A stretch of 64,000 nt of DNA, from assembly GCF_018977255.1 (NCBI RefSeq), contig NW_024704742.1, positions 138,510,001 through 138,574,000 on the forward strand, in the 5' to 3' direction. Shown in pieces: positions 15,301 to 27,589 of the stretch. Made by a program: the position numbers and the translations under genes. Each line of letters starts with the position of its first letter. Position 1 is the stretch's first letter. The DNA comes from Callorhinchus milii (Eukaryota). The notes below the pieces were generated by a model. The model searched no databases and was not told the origin of the DNA. It saw only the letters and a list, made by a program, of their open reading frames with translations.

Positions 15301-18300
15301 CTGACACACACACAAACCCATCACCGTGACCAGCCGGGTGTCTGACACACATGGAAACCCATCACCGTGACCAGCCGGGTGTCTGACACACACACAAACC
15401 CATCACCGTGACCAGCCGGGTGTCTGACACACACACAAACCCATCACCGTGACCAGCCGGGTGTCTGACACACACACAAACCCATCACCGTGACCAGCCG
15501 GGTGTCTGACACACACACAAACCCATCACCGTGACCAGCCGGGTGTCTGACACACATGGAAACCCATCATCGTAGCTCAAGTGTCTCTAAACCAAACTGG
15601 AAGTTCCAGTATGTCACCTACGCATGGAAATTTCTCTTTGTCTGGTATTGAATGTACAACTCTGAAAAGAGGAGCGAGCCCCAGCACAGACACGATGGAG
15701 AGAGAGAGAGAGAGAGAGAGCAGGGAATGGGGTTAGAGTAGAGAGAGAGCTCCAGTGGGGGAGCGGAAAGTGAGTACCTGGTGGGATTGCCGGTTGCCTG
15801 TCCTGTTGCTGTTTAAATTTGTCCAGGTTGATGGAGGGCGGGCGGCTGGGCTTTTGGGGTGGAGGTCCGAGGGTCCAGGTCGCGGGGAGAGGTTTCCTCT
15901 TCGGTGTATCCAGGCCCTTCCCCTCCTCACTGTCCTCCATACTCTGACGTTTGGCCAGGAATTGGCCTTTGGGTTTGGGCCGGATGCTGGGGGGGGCTGT
16001 GCTGTGCTCCTCAGCTTTGGGTTTCTGCAGGAAAGTGGTGGGTTTGAGGCCTTGGCCCGAGATCTGCTTCACCGGCCTGAGGGGGAAACGCCCGACAGCC
16101 CCATCCTCATTCGCTGCCTTCTCCACACTGTCCTTGTGCCCAGCCACAGACTCAGCCCCAGGCTTCGGCCCGGGCTTGGGGAAGGTAGACCTGTCCCCCA
16201 GGCTGGGCTTGAGGCCTGAGGGCTTGGGGAAGGCCGGCTTCTCGTAGCTGTTGCCGGGATTGAGGGGTTTGGCGAATGGCGGGGGCTTCGTGAAGCGGCT
16301 CTCGTTCTCCTTCTGCAAATCCCGGGTCTCTGTCACGGCCTTCAGCCCGACCAGGGGCTTGGGGATGACTGGCTTCTCCTCCCCCGCCTGGACGCTGAAC
16401 GCACTGACCAAGGACTTTGTCCCAACGCCCGGCTTCACGAAACTCGGTTTGGCCTCCTTTTGGGGAGTCAGGCCCTCGGTTTGGGTCCTTGCAGTTGTCC
16501 CGGGCTTCGGAAAGGACACCCATGGTGGGTTGGGTTTAGGCCCGGCCGAGCCAGAGTGCTCGCTGAACGATAGGGTGGGCTTCAACCCCGAGGGCTTGGG
16601 GGTAGCTGTGCTCTCGAAGCCGGCTGCCCGACTGGCTACCGAAGTCTTGACAGCTTGGAGGGAGGAATGAGGAATGGGTCTGAGCATCCGCGGGCCTACA
16701 GCAGAAGCCACCTCCTCCCCCGGGGGCTTCGAGCCAAACTTCGCCATCAGGGCCTTGACGTCAGACTTGGCATTCTGCGAGAGAGAGAGAGAGAGAGAGA
16801 GAGAGGAACAGTGACTGAGCGAGTACCAGGCAACAGGGAACAGGGAACGTCGATCAGACTGACGCACGGCCAGCGAACAACAACGAGCCCCCAGGATCGG
16901 TCTCCCCCGCAGCCCCAACCTTCTCCGCTTCCTGTCTGACTGTGACTTCCTGAGCCGTGGTCAGAGCGCTTCAAACACATACGCCAGCGAGCGATGTGTG
17001 CGTGTGCGCGTGTGTGCGCGCAGACACCCAGCAAGTCACCCCCCCCACCCCACCCCCACCGGTGTGAAAGCACACTTCCTGCTCTGCACTTGCTCCGCAA
17101 GAACCCCAGGTCAGGCGGAGAGCCAGGGGGAGGCTTCACTTGGGGCTCAGTCGCTCGCGCTCTCCCCTCCTGAGTCACGAGGTCACAGAATCTGAAGGAG
17201 ACCATTCGGTCCATCGAACCTGCGTCGGCTCTTTGTAACCAATCCCACTCCCCCACTCTTACCCCAACTAGTCCCACTCCCTCACTCTTTCCCCAACTAT
17301 TCCCACTCCCCTGCTCTTACCCCAACTAGTCCCACTCTCCCACTCTTACCCCAACTAGTCCCACTCCCCCACTCTTACCCCAACTAGTCCCACTCCCCCA
17401 CTCTTACCCCAACTAGTCCCACTCCCTCACTCTTACCCCAACTAGTCCCACTCCCCCACTCTTACCCCAACTAGTCCCACTCTCCCGCTCTTACCCCAAC
17501 TAGTCCCACTCCCCCGCTCTTACCCCAACTAGTCCCACTCCCCCGCTCTTACCCCAACTAGTCCCACTCTCCCGCTTTTACCCCAACTAGTCCCACTCCT
17601 CCGCCCTTACCCCAACTAGTCCCACTCTCCCACTCTTTCCCCAACTAGTCCCACTCCCCCACTCTTACCCCAACTAGTCCCACTCCCCCGCTCTTACCCC
17701 AACTAGTCCCACTCCCCCGCTCTTACCCCAACTAGTCCCACTCTCCCGCTCTTACCCCAACTAGTCCCACTCCCCCACTCTTACCCCAACTAGTCCCACT
17801 CCCCCGCTCTTACCCCAACTAGTCCCACTCCCCCGCTCTTACCCCAACTAGTCCCACTCCCCCGCTCTTACCCCAACTAGTCCCACTCCCCCACTCTTTC
17901 CCCAACTAGTCCCACTCCCCCGCTCTTACCCCAACTAGTCCCACTCCCCCGCTCTTACCCCAACTAGTCCCACTCCCCCGCTCTTACCCCAACTAGTCCC
18001 ACTCCCCCACTCTTACCCCAACTAGTCCCACTCCCCCAGCCTTTCAGGCAGTGTATTCCAGACCGTAACAACTCTCTGGGTAAAAAAAAATCTCCTCGTC
18101 TCCCCTCTGGTTCTTTTGGCCATTATCCTGAATCGGTGTCACCTGGTTACCGACCCATTGCCACTGGAAACAGTTTCTCCCTATTTACTCTTTCAAAACC
18201 CCTCATAATTTTGAACCTCTCTATTAAGTCTCCCTTTAAACTTCTCTGCTCTGAGGGGAATAACCTCTCTCGTCTCTCCACATAATTGTAGTCCCTCATC

Positions 18301-20886
18301 CCTGGAATCATCTGCCATGTTGTGGGTTCGAGCCCCACATAAGGGACTCTGAGCTCACAGTCCAGACTGACGCTTGCGCAGCGCTGGGGGGAGAGAGAGA
18401 GAGAGATAACGCCGCATTGTCGGAGGTTCTGAGTTAATCCGGCATAGATTTCTGTGTGTTAACGTCGGATAAAAATAATAATCCTTGCGTTTCATATAGC
18501 GCCTGATCACGTCTTCGAGATGTTTCAAAACACGGCGCAGAGTATGTTGTAAAGTGTAGTGACTGTGTATTTTGTGGGCGAAACACACCAGTCAACTGGG
18601 CACAGCAGAGTCCCACAAACAGCCGTGGATCGAGTGACCAAATTATCATTTTTGAAAGTGTATTTTTTTTATTTTTTGAAGGGATTATTACCCCCGGAAC
18701 AACCGGATTCCTAGTTACGGCTTAGTAAATAGAGACGTGTGGAGTAAGGTAACTTGCCTAATATTTTGCCCAGTCTGGGAATCGGACCAGTTCCTCTCGC
18801 TTGTGAGGTGAGGGCTCTAACCCCTGAGCTACAGCCCCAAGAGAAGGAAGTTTCTCTCTCCCTGTGTCCTGGCCGACAATCCCCCAGATTGAACCCCGTC
18901 ACTACACGTGACCGCAATTCCCTGTGAAGCACTCTGAAGTGGTTTGGAGTTACAGATGATGTATCGAACACGAAGATACCAAACCAAACTCAGGAACAGT
19001 CTCTCTGTGACATTAGCAGTTAAGGGGAACTTCCACTCATCAACCGTCAGGACGAGACGTCACAGGGTCAGAGAAGGGGCAATGTCAGGACAGACACCAG
19101 GAAGTGTTTCTTTATACAGTGGGGAATTAGGAACCTAGGAACAGGAGCAGGCCATTCAGCCCTTCCAGCCTGTTCCGCCATTCTATAAGATCATGGCTGA
19201 TCAACTCCAATTACCCCCTTTTCCCCATTTCCCTGGGTCCCCCGACCTAACAAACATCTCTCCACCTCAGGCTGGACAATGTGAATAGATCCAGACATAA
19301 TCCACAGCCTTTTGGGAGAGGGTGAAAGAGAGAGAGAGAGTTCCAGATTCCCACTGGCCTTTGGATGAAAACCTGCCTCTGATTTCACCCGGGTTTGATT
19401 CCCGGGCAGGGCGAAACGTTGGGCAAATTTCCTTACTCCCCACACCTCTGATCACCAGAGATAAGTAGGAACCTGGTTGTTAGTCAATTGGCGGATCACT
19501 TTTCCGGGGATAAAAATCCCTTCCAAAATGATAATAATTTGGTCACTCAATCCACGACTGTTTGTGGGACGTCACTGTGCGCAAATGGCTGTGTTACGGC
19601 CACAAAATACACAGTCACTACACTTTACAGAATATTCCGCGAAGTGCTTTGAGACCTCTGGACAATGTGATAAAGTGCTGTGTAAGTGGAGGAATATGGT
19701 TTTATAGCTGTGGCAGAGAGGCGGCACAGGCACAGGCACGACAAGCCGAATGGCCTCGCTCTGTCTGTGAATGTCTATGGCTTGTGGGGCTGAGAGACCG
19801 GGTGTGGACAAGGTGGGGGTGAAATTTAAATGGAATATTTGTAGCTTCGCTGCTTGAATTTCTGGCAATCAGTTGTATTTTCAATTTGCTCTTTTAGCGC
19901 CTAGAAACGTTGAGACATTTAGCTCGTCCAGACTTTCCCAGCTTTCTCCCTCCCCGTCTCCCCTCGCTTGACGTCCACAACTCATCCAAAACATCGCCCA
20001 CGTCCTCACCCACACCGAACTCCATCCCCCCCATCACCCCAGCCCTCGCCAAGCTCCCCTGGCTCCCGGCAGAATGATCTCAAGCTCCTCAGCCTCATGT
20101 GCAAACCCATCCACTCCCTGACACCTCCTCACCTCCTGTGCGGATTCCTGTAGTTTAGTGGTTAGATCACTCACTCGTTTGTAAGCAAACTTTTTAAAAA
20201 GGATTATTATCCCAGAAGGTGATCCGCCAATCGACTACCCCAGGCTCCTACTCACTGTCAGGCAAACGGGTGCGTGGAGTAAGGGAACTTGCCCAGCGTT
20301 TTGCTCGAGAATCAAACCCGGGTCCTCTCGCTTGCTCTAACCACTGAGCTACAGGGCTGCACACTTAAGGTGGATTTTAAAGGTGGGGAGGAAGGAGAGA
20401 AGGGGGTGAAGCGCAGGGGGAGAGGGGGGATGGGGGGGAAAGAAGAAGGGGGAGAGGTGCAGGGGGAGAGGAGGAGGGACTCCGGGATGGAGTTCCAGAG
20501 TGCGGGGGCAGGATGGCTGAAACGCCCTCTGATGGCCGGGCGCGTGATGTGAGGGCGGTAACCACTGACCGGTGAGGACGGTGAGGTCGGGGGAGGGCAG
20601 AGATCGGGATGGACTGGGGCAGGGAAGTGAAAGTGCGGGCGAGGAGAAGGTTGAGTTTCAACGATTAACATCCATAGAAACTCCCTCCCCCTCTTCCCCT
20701 AACCTCCCCCCTCTCCCCCTAACCTCTCCCCCCCTCCCCACCTCCACAGTGTTCAGAGTAAGAGACTTAATCAGGTTACCTTGGGTAGGGCTACGCAGAA
20801 AGCCAACCGGTGTCTCAGTCACAGAGAGGAAAGTGAGAGTGGATGAGACTGAGCCGCACTCCGCGCTCTCTCTCTCCTCTTCCTCC

Positions 20887-20920
<34 letters not shown>

Positions 20921-23900
20921 TGACCACAATATCCTCTCACAGTGCCGGTCGGCTGAGCCGCTAGCGAGCGAACGAGAGAGCGATGGAATGAGCGAGATGC
21001 TCCGAGACGCAGCCCAACCCCAGTGAGGAAGCTATTAAGAGGACCTTGAAACAGGAAGCGTTTGACAGTCTCGGGGGGAAGGAGAGTCGGGGGAGAGAGA
21101 GAGAGAGAGAGAGAGAGAACTCACTTACCGAGACGCGGAAGCTGTCGTTATTCACATTAGATAAATATAAACACAAACAAAGCCTTTACTAAAGCTACCG
21201 AAAGCCAGCGAGGTGCGGAGTAAAACACCGTCAGCCGGCTGGCTTGTCACACAGAGGGACTTTTCCAAACACAACTACCTGCCAAGCCGGTTTCATTAAA
21301 CATCTCCTCCTTCTCTGGATGAGAGGCAACCTCGTTCAGGTGAACACCAGCAACAGGTGACGGTGCTTGAAAAGGAACAAAAATTGCAGGGCTGTAGGGT
21401 AAGGGCGGGGGAGATGGGGTAAGGGAGTTGGGGTAAGGGTGAGGGAGTTGGGGTAAGGGCGGAGGAGTTGGGGTAAAAGGGCGAGGGAGTTGGGGTAAGG
21501 GCGAGGGAGTTGGCCCACAAAATATACAGTCACTACAGTTTACAGTGGATTCTGTGAAGTGTTTTGAGAGGAGGAGTATTATTATAATAACAAAGCACAC
21601 AGTCACTACACCTCACAGTAAATCCCCCGTGAAGCACTTTGAGACGTTCCTCCTGAAGTGAAACCGATGTGAGGATGATGAGGAGTTGTGGTACGTTGTA
21701 TGTAACAATGTCAGACTCACTGCTTCACACCAACCAAACCCATCCCCGGCCCGAGCCCGGCTCAGCCTCCACTACCTGATAAGGCACCGTATCAAATGCA
21801 AGGGCCTTGGGGGGCTGGGGAGACGGGGATGACTGGTTGGACAACCCCACCCTCCCCCACTCACTGCAGTGTCACACAATAAATCCCCCGCTCCCCCCTC
21901 GTGCAGCTCCTCGCCTCACGCGAAGAGCCCAAGTTCAAGCTCACCCGACATCTCTCCCAATGACAACCGATGCAAATCGAGGGAAGAAACACGGAAGCCG
22001 CGGCTTTCCCACTTTCCTGGGGGTTTTGCCCTCCCTCTAACACACGCTCGCCGAGCTCACAGTCCAGGCGCAATTGGCCGCCACGTTTCGCCCACAAAAC
22101 GCACAGTCACTACACTTTGCAGTACATTCTGTGAAGCGCTTGGAGATGTTTCGAAGACGTGATAAGGCGCCATATCAAATGCAAGGATGATGATTATTAT
22201 TATTACCAGTTTATTGCCTGGAAACCCCTCTCTCTCTCTCGGAGAGCGGGGGGGAGAGAGTGTGAGATAGCCATATGTTAACTAACACATCCCACATCGC
22301 AATCTCACCCCCTGCTCGCTGCACTTCCTGCCTGTACTTTCCATCGCCTCGCCTCACCTCACCTCATCCCGCTGCTCGTTTAAACTAAAATAAAAGTCCT
22401 GTAAAATAAAAATTTCCTCTTTCGGGCTGAGTTTGTGTTCATTTTTAGACCTGGAATGATCCCAATATCACACCTCCTCAAAGCCCGGCCTCAACGGCTG
22501 ACATTTCCTGGCCTCTCCTCTGTATTTAGCACTTAAGGAATCACTTTGGGTACTATTATTAGTTTTACATCGACTCTAACCTCAAGATGTTGGCTCCACA
22601 TTCCCCCCCCACCCCACCCCACCTCACACCATTGGTGGTCAGGCCTTCAGCCTCTCTGCCCCTCACCCTCTGGAACTCCATCTCACATTCCCTTGGCCTC
22701 GCTCCCTCTCTTGCCTCCTTCAAGGCCCGTCTCGAAACCTCCTCATCGACCGTGCCTTCAGTCACCCGCCCACCCCTACCCTCCCCGCGCCCCTCTCTCT
22801 CTCCCTCCTGATCCCAGCCTTGTAGCTCAGTGGTTAGAGCTCTCGCCTCGCAAGCGAGAGGACCTGGGTTTGATTCCCGGGCAGGGGGCGAAGATTTGGG
22901 CAAGTTTCCTTACCCCCCCCCACGCCTCTGTTTACCAGCAGTCAGTAGGAACCCGGTTGTTAGTCGATCGGTGGATCAGGGCAATCAATTAATTTTACAG
23001 TGTATCCTGTGAAGGACTTTGAGACGTCACGAAGATGTGATAAGGCTCTACATCAAATGTAAGGATTATTGTTATTATATTATAATCCCCAGTCTCAGGG
23101 TCCAAATCCCTGAATGTCCAGCACTTTGGGGTGTCCTCCTAACACGGAAGGCACTGTGTAAATGTCATTTGTTGTCGTTGGTGAAGCCCATTCGGTCCAT
23201 TTGATCTCATCCATCCAGCGTCCCTGCCCACAACCCTCCCCCCCAGCATCCTAACCCCAACCCTAGCCAACCCAAATGGCTCCCAACATCCTGACCTCAC
23301 TCCAGGGGGGAATTCTCCCTCCGGCTACAGAAATACTTCCTGGTGTCTGGTCTGAAATTGCCTCTCAACCCGTACCACAGTGGTTAGAGCACTTGCCTCA
23401 CAAGCGAGAGACTTGGGTTGATTCCCAGCCAAGAGAAACGTTGGGCAGGTGGACCTTAAAGATCCTGGGGCTGAGACACCAGCATTTAAGTGCTCTGAGA
23501 CGCTACTGTGCGTGGCGGGCGCTATATTAATGCAAGCTGTTTTTTCTCTCACTCAACAGGAGCCCTGTAGTTCAGTGGTTAGAGCGCTCACCTCCCAAGT
23601 GAGAGGACCAGGGTTCACTCCTGGGCAGGGAGAAACCTTAGGCAAGTTTCCTTACTCCAGACGCCTCTGTTATCAGCAGTAAGTAGGGACCTGGTTGTTA
23701 GTCGATTGATGGATCACTTTTCTGGGGTAATAATCCCTTCAAAAATAATAATTTGGTCACTCAATTCAGGGCTGTTTGTGGGACGCTGCTGTGTGCAATT
23801 GGCTGCCACGTTTCGTCCACAAAATACCCAGTCAATTCACTTTACAGTGTATCCTGTGAAGTGCTTTTTTGAGACGTCTCGAAGACGTGATAAGGGGTCC

Positions 23901-25520
23901 TGTAGCTCAGTGGTTAGAGCACTCGCTTTGCAAGTGAGAGACCTGAGTTCAATTCCAGGCAGAGGGCGAAACCTTGGGCAAGTTTCCTTACTCCACACAG
24001 AGCCTAATAATAATCCCTCCAAAACCAAAAACAATAATAAATTGGTCATTTTCAATCTACGACTGTTTGTGGGACATTGCTGTGCGCAATTGGCTGCCGC
24101 GTTCGCCCACAAATATACAGTCAATTCACTTTACAGTGTGTTCTGTGAAGCGCTTTGGGACGTCCTCCCGACGTGAAAAGCGCTATATCAAATGCGAGGA
24201 TTATTATTATTAATTGGAGTTGAGCTACAGATCAGCCATAATCTTACAGAATGCCGGAACAGGCTTGAAGGGCTGAATGGCCGCCTATTCCTATATTTTC
24301 ATGTCCCAGCCCGACTACCCCTCAGCCAGGCTCCCCGGTTCTGAGTTCACCTTATTATCTTACCACACAAGCAACCCGTGACTTTAAACCCGACACCAAA
24401 GCCTCAACCAGAGTAATCTGATCAAATGGCTTCCAAAAACTCCGTCCGAAATCACACTCGTGGCTTCAATAACTTCCCCAAAGACAGGTCAGTAACTGCA
24501 CAAACACCAACTCATCCTCTTTGCAGCATCTCAGCTCTCTTTATGGCATGTGTCACATGGACAGTGAGTAAAAATAAACTGTCTTCCTCTGTGCCGTTTG
24601 CGGGGGACTTTGCTGTGTGCAAACTGGCTGCTACATTCGCCTGGAGGGCATTGCAGAGTCCTGTAGCTCAGTGGTTAGAGCCCTCGCTTCACAAGCGAGA
24701 GGACCCGGGTTCAATTCCTGGGCAGGACACAACCTTAGGGCAAGTTTCCTTACCCCACACGCCTCTGTTTACCAGCAGTCAGTAGGAACCCGATTGTTAG
24801 TTGATTGGCGGATCACTTTTCCGGGGGTAATAATCCCTTCAAGAAATGAATACTGCAAATAATCTGTTCGCTCAATCTACGGCTGTTTGTAGGACGCTGC
24901 TGTGCGCAATTGGCTGCCGCGTTTCGCCCACAGAATATGCGGTCACTACACTTTACAGAGTACTTTAAATAACTGCTGAGACAGAAATGACAGGAAATTG
25001 AGAAACATAGGAGGCCATTCAGCCCCTCAAGCCTGTTCCACCGTTCCTCCCCGTCAATGACCCCGAGAGAGAGAGAGAGAGAGAGAGGGATAGAAAGCGA
25101 AAGAGGGAAGGAAGGATGGAGGGAAGGAGACAGAAATAAGGAGGGAAAGAAAGATATAGAGGGAGACCAAGAGACAGAGCGAGTTAGAGGAGCGAGGAAC
25201 AGGCCTCTCAGTGTTGAGTTACTGACCCACACGAGGATTAATTTGAATAAAAACTAAATGCAAATGTCGGGCTTGGCCTGCTATCTCTTTCCCTTTCTAT
25301 CTTTCTCTCTTTCCCCCTCTCCTTCTCTTCCCCTCGCTCTCCCTCTTTCACTTTTCAGTGTATCCTACGAAGCTCTTTGAGACGTCTCGAAGACGTGATA
25401 AGGCGCTGCAACAAATACACCAATTACTACGATCATTATTATTATTATTATTATTGCTATTGTCGGTCGCTGGAGATTAACAGAGATTAAAAGACAATTC
25501 ACTGGAGACTGACTCACCAT
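269..25520 (-). CDS. FYB1: FYN-binding protein 1 (ADAP/SLAP-130), spliced CDS span, 5' part; continues beyond position 1
   Basis: Six exons with matching phases (0,1,2,1,0,2). Sequence includes [51 protein letters not shown] and YEDL. Synteny with DAB2 matches human 5p13. Confidence 0.93.
625..1170 (+). mobile_element. CR1-clade LINE 3' fragment
   Basis: [31 protein letters not shown] is a typical CR1 ORF2 C-terminus; 3'UTR ends ggctgaatggcct..ctgttcctatgttctatgtt. Confidence 0.88.
1228..1259 (-). CDS. FYB1: FYB1 exon 5, small exon ([11 protein letters not shown])
   Basis: 32 nt, phase 1-0, which is required to bridge exons 4 and 6; attacag|AT ... GAG|gtgaga. Confidence 0.72.
1947..2035 (-). 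CDS. FYB1: FYB1 exon 4 ([29 protein letters not shown])
   Basis: 89 nt, phase 2-1; cccacag|G ... GAAG|gtatgc; acidic YDDV motif. Confidence 0.87.
2692..2788 (-). CDS. FYB1: FYB1 exon 3 ([33 protein letters not shown])
   Basis: 97 nt, phase 1-2; ttgcag|CC ... AC|gtgagt; contains PSLPPR as in human exon 3. Confidence 0.87.
2846..5310 (+). mobile_element. L2-clade LINE, 5'-truncated and frameshifted, with internal 39-bp array
   Basis: RT motifs across frames: [39 protein letters not shown]. Ends in cagcgccttgggacgtcctcc..gaaaggcgct and a (TTG)n tail. Confidence 0.93.
4020..4860 (+). repeat. 39-bp minisatellite inside L2, about 20 units
   Basis: Unit ccaggctccccgaccccatcacccccatcctcaccccca; it generates the spurious [13 protein letters not shown]s. 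Confidence 0.95.
6385..7035 (+). mobile_element. L2 3' fragment
   Basis: RLDYANSLL / LHW-type region plus the same 3' tail. Similar fragments at ~9675-10025, 10830-11172, 12480-12990, 13295-13660, 31490-31835, 54130-54745 and 61370-61850 (+), and ~2290-2590, 32090-32390, 45600-46055, 48490-49275 and 52285-52775 (-). Confidence 0.85.
10190..10275. promoter_or_regulatory. Candidate haematopoietic enhancer in FYB1 intron 2
   Basis: Overlapping TGTTTAC (Forkhead) and ACTTCCTC (PU.1-type) sites, then CACTTCCTG (ETS), in non-repeat sequence. Motif evidence only. Confidence 0.35.
15120..15572. repeat. ~40-bp (CA)n-containing minisatellite, array 1
   Basis: Unit accagccgggtgtctga(ca)n aacccatcaccgtg. 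Confidence 0.95.
15778..16774 (-). CDS. FYB1: FYB1 exon 2, large Pro/Lys-rich exon
   Basis: 997 nt, phase 0-1; (ct)n gcag|AAT ... CCAG|gtactc. Repeated FPKP/LKP motifs and the conserved SKAP-binding proline segment; lies within ORF 15614..16918. Confidence 0.94.
17185..18312 (-). mobile_element. CR1 3' fragment carrying a 29-bp minisatellite
   Basis: Reverse-strand [25 protein letters not shown]; the array sits in the 3'UTR. Confidence 0.85.
17241..18037. repeat. 29-bp minisatellite, about 27 units
   Basis: Unit agtcccactcccccgctcttaccccaact. Confidence 0.96.
21129..21245 (-). other. Candidate alternative non-coding first exon of FYB1 (5' limit unknown)
   Basis: Strong donor TCG|gtaagtg in a CpG-containing unique segment (20770-21360), with an ETS site at 21051. 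Exon 2 has its own ATG (MAKF). Confidence 0.35.
25518..25520 (-). CDS. FYB1: FYB1 first exon: terminal ATG (5'UTR extends to roughly 25700, TSS unknown)
   Basis: GAGAGATG|gtgagtc donor in unique sequence. Phase 0 joins exon 2 to give [14 protein letters not shown], like the human long isoform MDGKADVKSLMAKY. Confidence 0.75.
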
Positions 25521-26154
25521 CTCTCCCTGAGGCAGGACAAACCCACACTCCCTCCGTCGGTCTGCCCGCCCGCACTCTCCCTCCCTCCCTCCCTCCCTCG
25601 CTCACTCGTCTGTCTTCCACGGCACTGGCTGCTCAAACTTCCCCTCCGCTGGCCACCTAACCACACGCTTCCCACCCTCAGCCGTCATCACTGTGACAGC
25701 TGTACCCACAGCCCTGTGTCAGCTTCTTATCACTCACACTCATCACTGTGATGGGCGGGTGGGGGGGGGGGAGGGAGAGACAGGGAAAGAGGGAGAGAGT
25801 GACAGGGAGGGGGAGAGAGGAAGGAGAGAGAGAGGGTGGGGTGGGGGGGGGGGGGGTGGGGGAGGGTGCCTGGGGTGTGGGGGAGCGACAGAGGGAAGTG
25901 AGAGATGCAAACGCAGTCACAAGATGGGTTCACATAAAGAAAACCTTTCAGGCCGTCTGATCTCCTCCCCCCAGAACCCCCGCCCGACCGTCCCCCCATC
26001 ACAGCATTGAGCTGCTTTATAAACCAGTCCCGGAGACCTGGCCTCAACCCCCCCACCCCCCCACCTCCCCACTTCCTGCTAATCCTGTTCCACGGGTTAA
26101 TTACCCTCTGGGCAAATAAACACTTCCTGGTGTCTGCCCTGAAGAAACATTTTG

Positions 26155-26870
26155 AATCATAGAATTTTACAGCACAGAAGGACGTCGTTCGGCCCATCGT
26201 GTCTTTGCCGGCTCTTTGGAAGAGCTGCCAAGTAGTCCCACTCCCCCGCTCTTACCCCAACTAGTCCCACTCCCTCACTCTTACCCCAACTAGTCCCCAC
26301 TCCCCCGCTCTTACCCCAACTAGTCCCACTCCCTCACTCTTACCCCAACTAGTCCCCACTCCCCCGCTCTTACCCCAACTAGTCCCACTCCCCCGCTCTT
26401 ACCCCAACTAGTCCCACTCCCTCACTCTTACCCCAACTACTCCCAGTCCCCCACTTTTACCCCAACTACTCCCACTCCCCCACTTTTACCCCAACTACTC
26501 CCACTCCCCCGCTCTTACCCCAATTAGTCCCACTCCCCCGCTCTTACCCCAACTACTCCCCCCGCTCTTACCCCATAGCCCTGCACATTTTTCTTTTTAA
26601 GTCCCTATCCAATTCCCCTTTGAAAGCTGTTATTGAATCTGCTTTCACCCGCCTCTCGGGCAGTGAACTCCAGACCGTAACAACTCTCTGTAAAACAAAG
26701 TCTCCTCCCCTCCCCTCTGGTTCTTTTGCCGATTATCTTAAATCTGTGTCCTCTGGTCACCGCCAGTGAAACAATTTCTCCCTATTTATTCTATTTATCA
26801 AAACCCTTCATAATTTTGAACACCTGTATTGAATCTCTCCTTAACCTTCTCTGCTCTAAGGAGAACAATC
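26155..26870 (-). mobile_element. CR1 3' fragment carrying the same 29-bp minisatellite
   Basis: Collinear with 17185-18312 (ccagaccgtaacaactctctg, ccctctggttcttttg, ttcataattttgaac). Confidence 0.85.
26231..26575. repeat. 29-bp minisatellite, about 12 units
   Basis: Same unit as 17241-18037. Confidence 0.95.
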
Positions 26871-27589
26871 TTGCCTAAGGTTTCGCCCCCCGCCCGGGAA
26901 TCAAACCCGGGTCCTCTCGCTTGCGAGGCGAGTGCTCTAACCCCTGAGCCACAGGACTCCACTTTACCTGAGCACTAATGTTAAATCATTACACCCATAA
27001 TAAGTATCTAATTGTATTTGTGTTTAAACGATCTCCTTAAGTATTGTGAAATACCAGCGCAGAACGGTTTCATTTTAGTTGTTGAGAAATTAACTTTTAA
27101 CTTGGAAAATGGAACAGAAAGTTCTCATGCGCTGCCACCGTTAATAGGAGACTAAAAATATCCACTTAATCAACTTCAGAACCTTTAAGGAGGCAATCGG
27201 AGTATCAGCTCGCATCACCATGTACTATATTGTTGGCTGACCAATAATATATAATATATAATAACCCTTGCAGTTGATACAGCAACTTATCGCGTCTTCG
27301 AGACGTCTCAAAGCGCTTCACGGAATATACTGTAAAGTGTAGTGACTGTATGTTTTGTGGGCGACATGTGGCAGCCAATTGCGCACAGCAGCGTCCCCAC
27401 AAACGGCCGTGGATTGAGTGACAATTTTTTAAAATCAGATGCTATATGGAAGGCACAGGAGGACAAGGCGTTAATATATACACGGAGCATGAGGTCCCAG
27501 TGCAAACCCCTGAGCCCCTGAATCCACAGCTATGTCCTTGTCCTCGATACCCAGTGACCACGGTTTGCGGAGAAATCTCTCCAAACCCA

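Noticed and set aside
21279..21365. 87-nt phase 1-1 candidate exon ([15 protein letters not shown]) in frame with DAB2 exon 12
   Set aside because: The AAG acceptor lies in a CR1 3'UTR remnant, there is no similarity to DAB2 exon 13, and it sits downstream of the FYB1 ATG exon. Only RNA data could rescue it.
24656..24730. Genuine tRNA-Ala/Val genes
   Set aside because: The tRNA-like heads run straight into the SINE body with no Pol III terminator.
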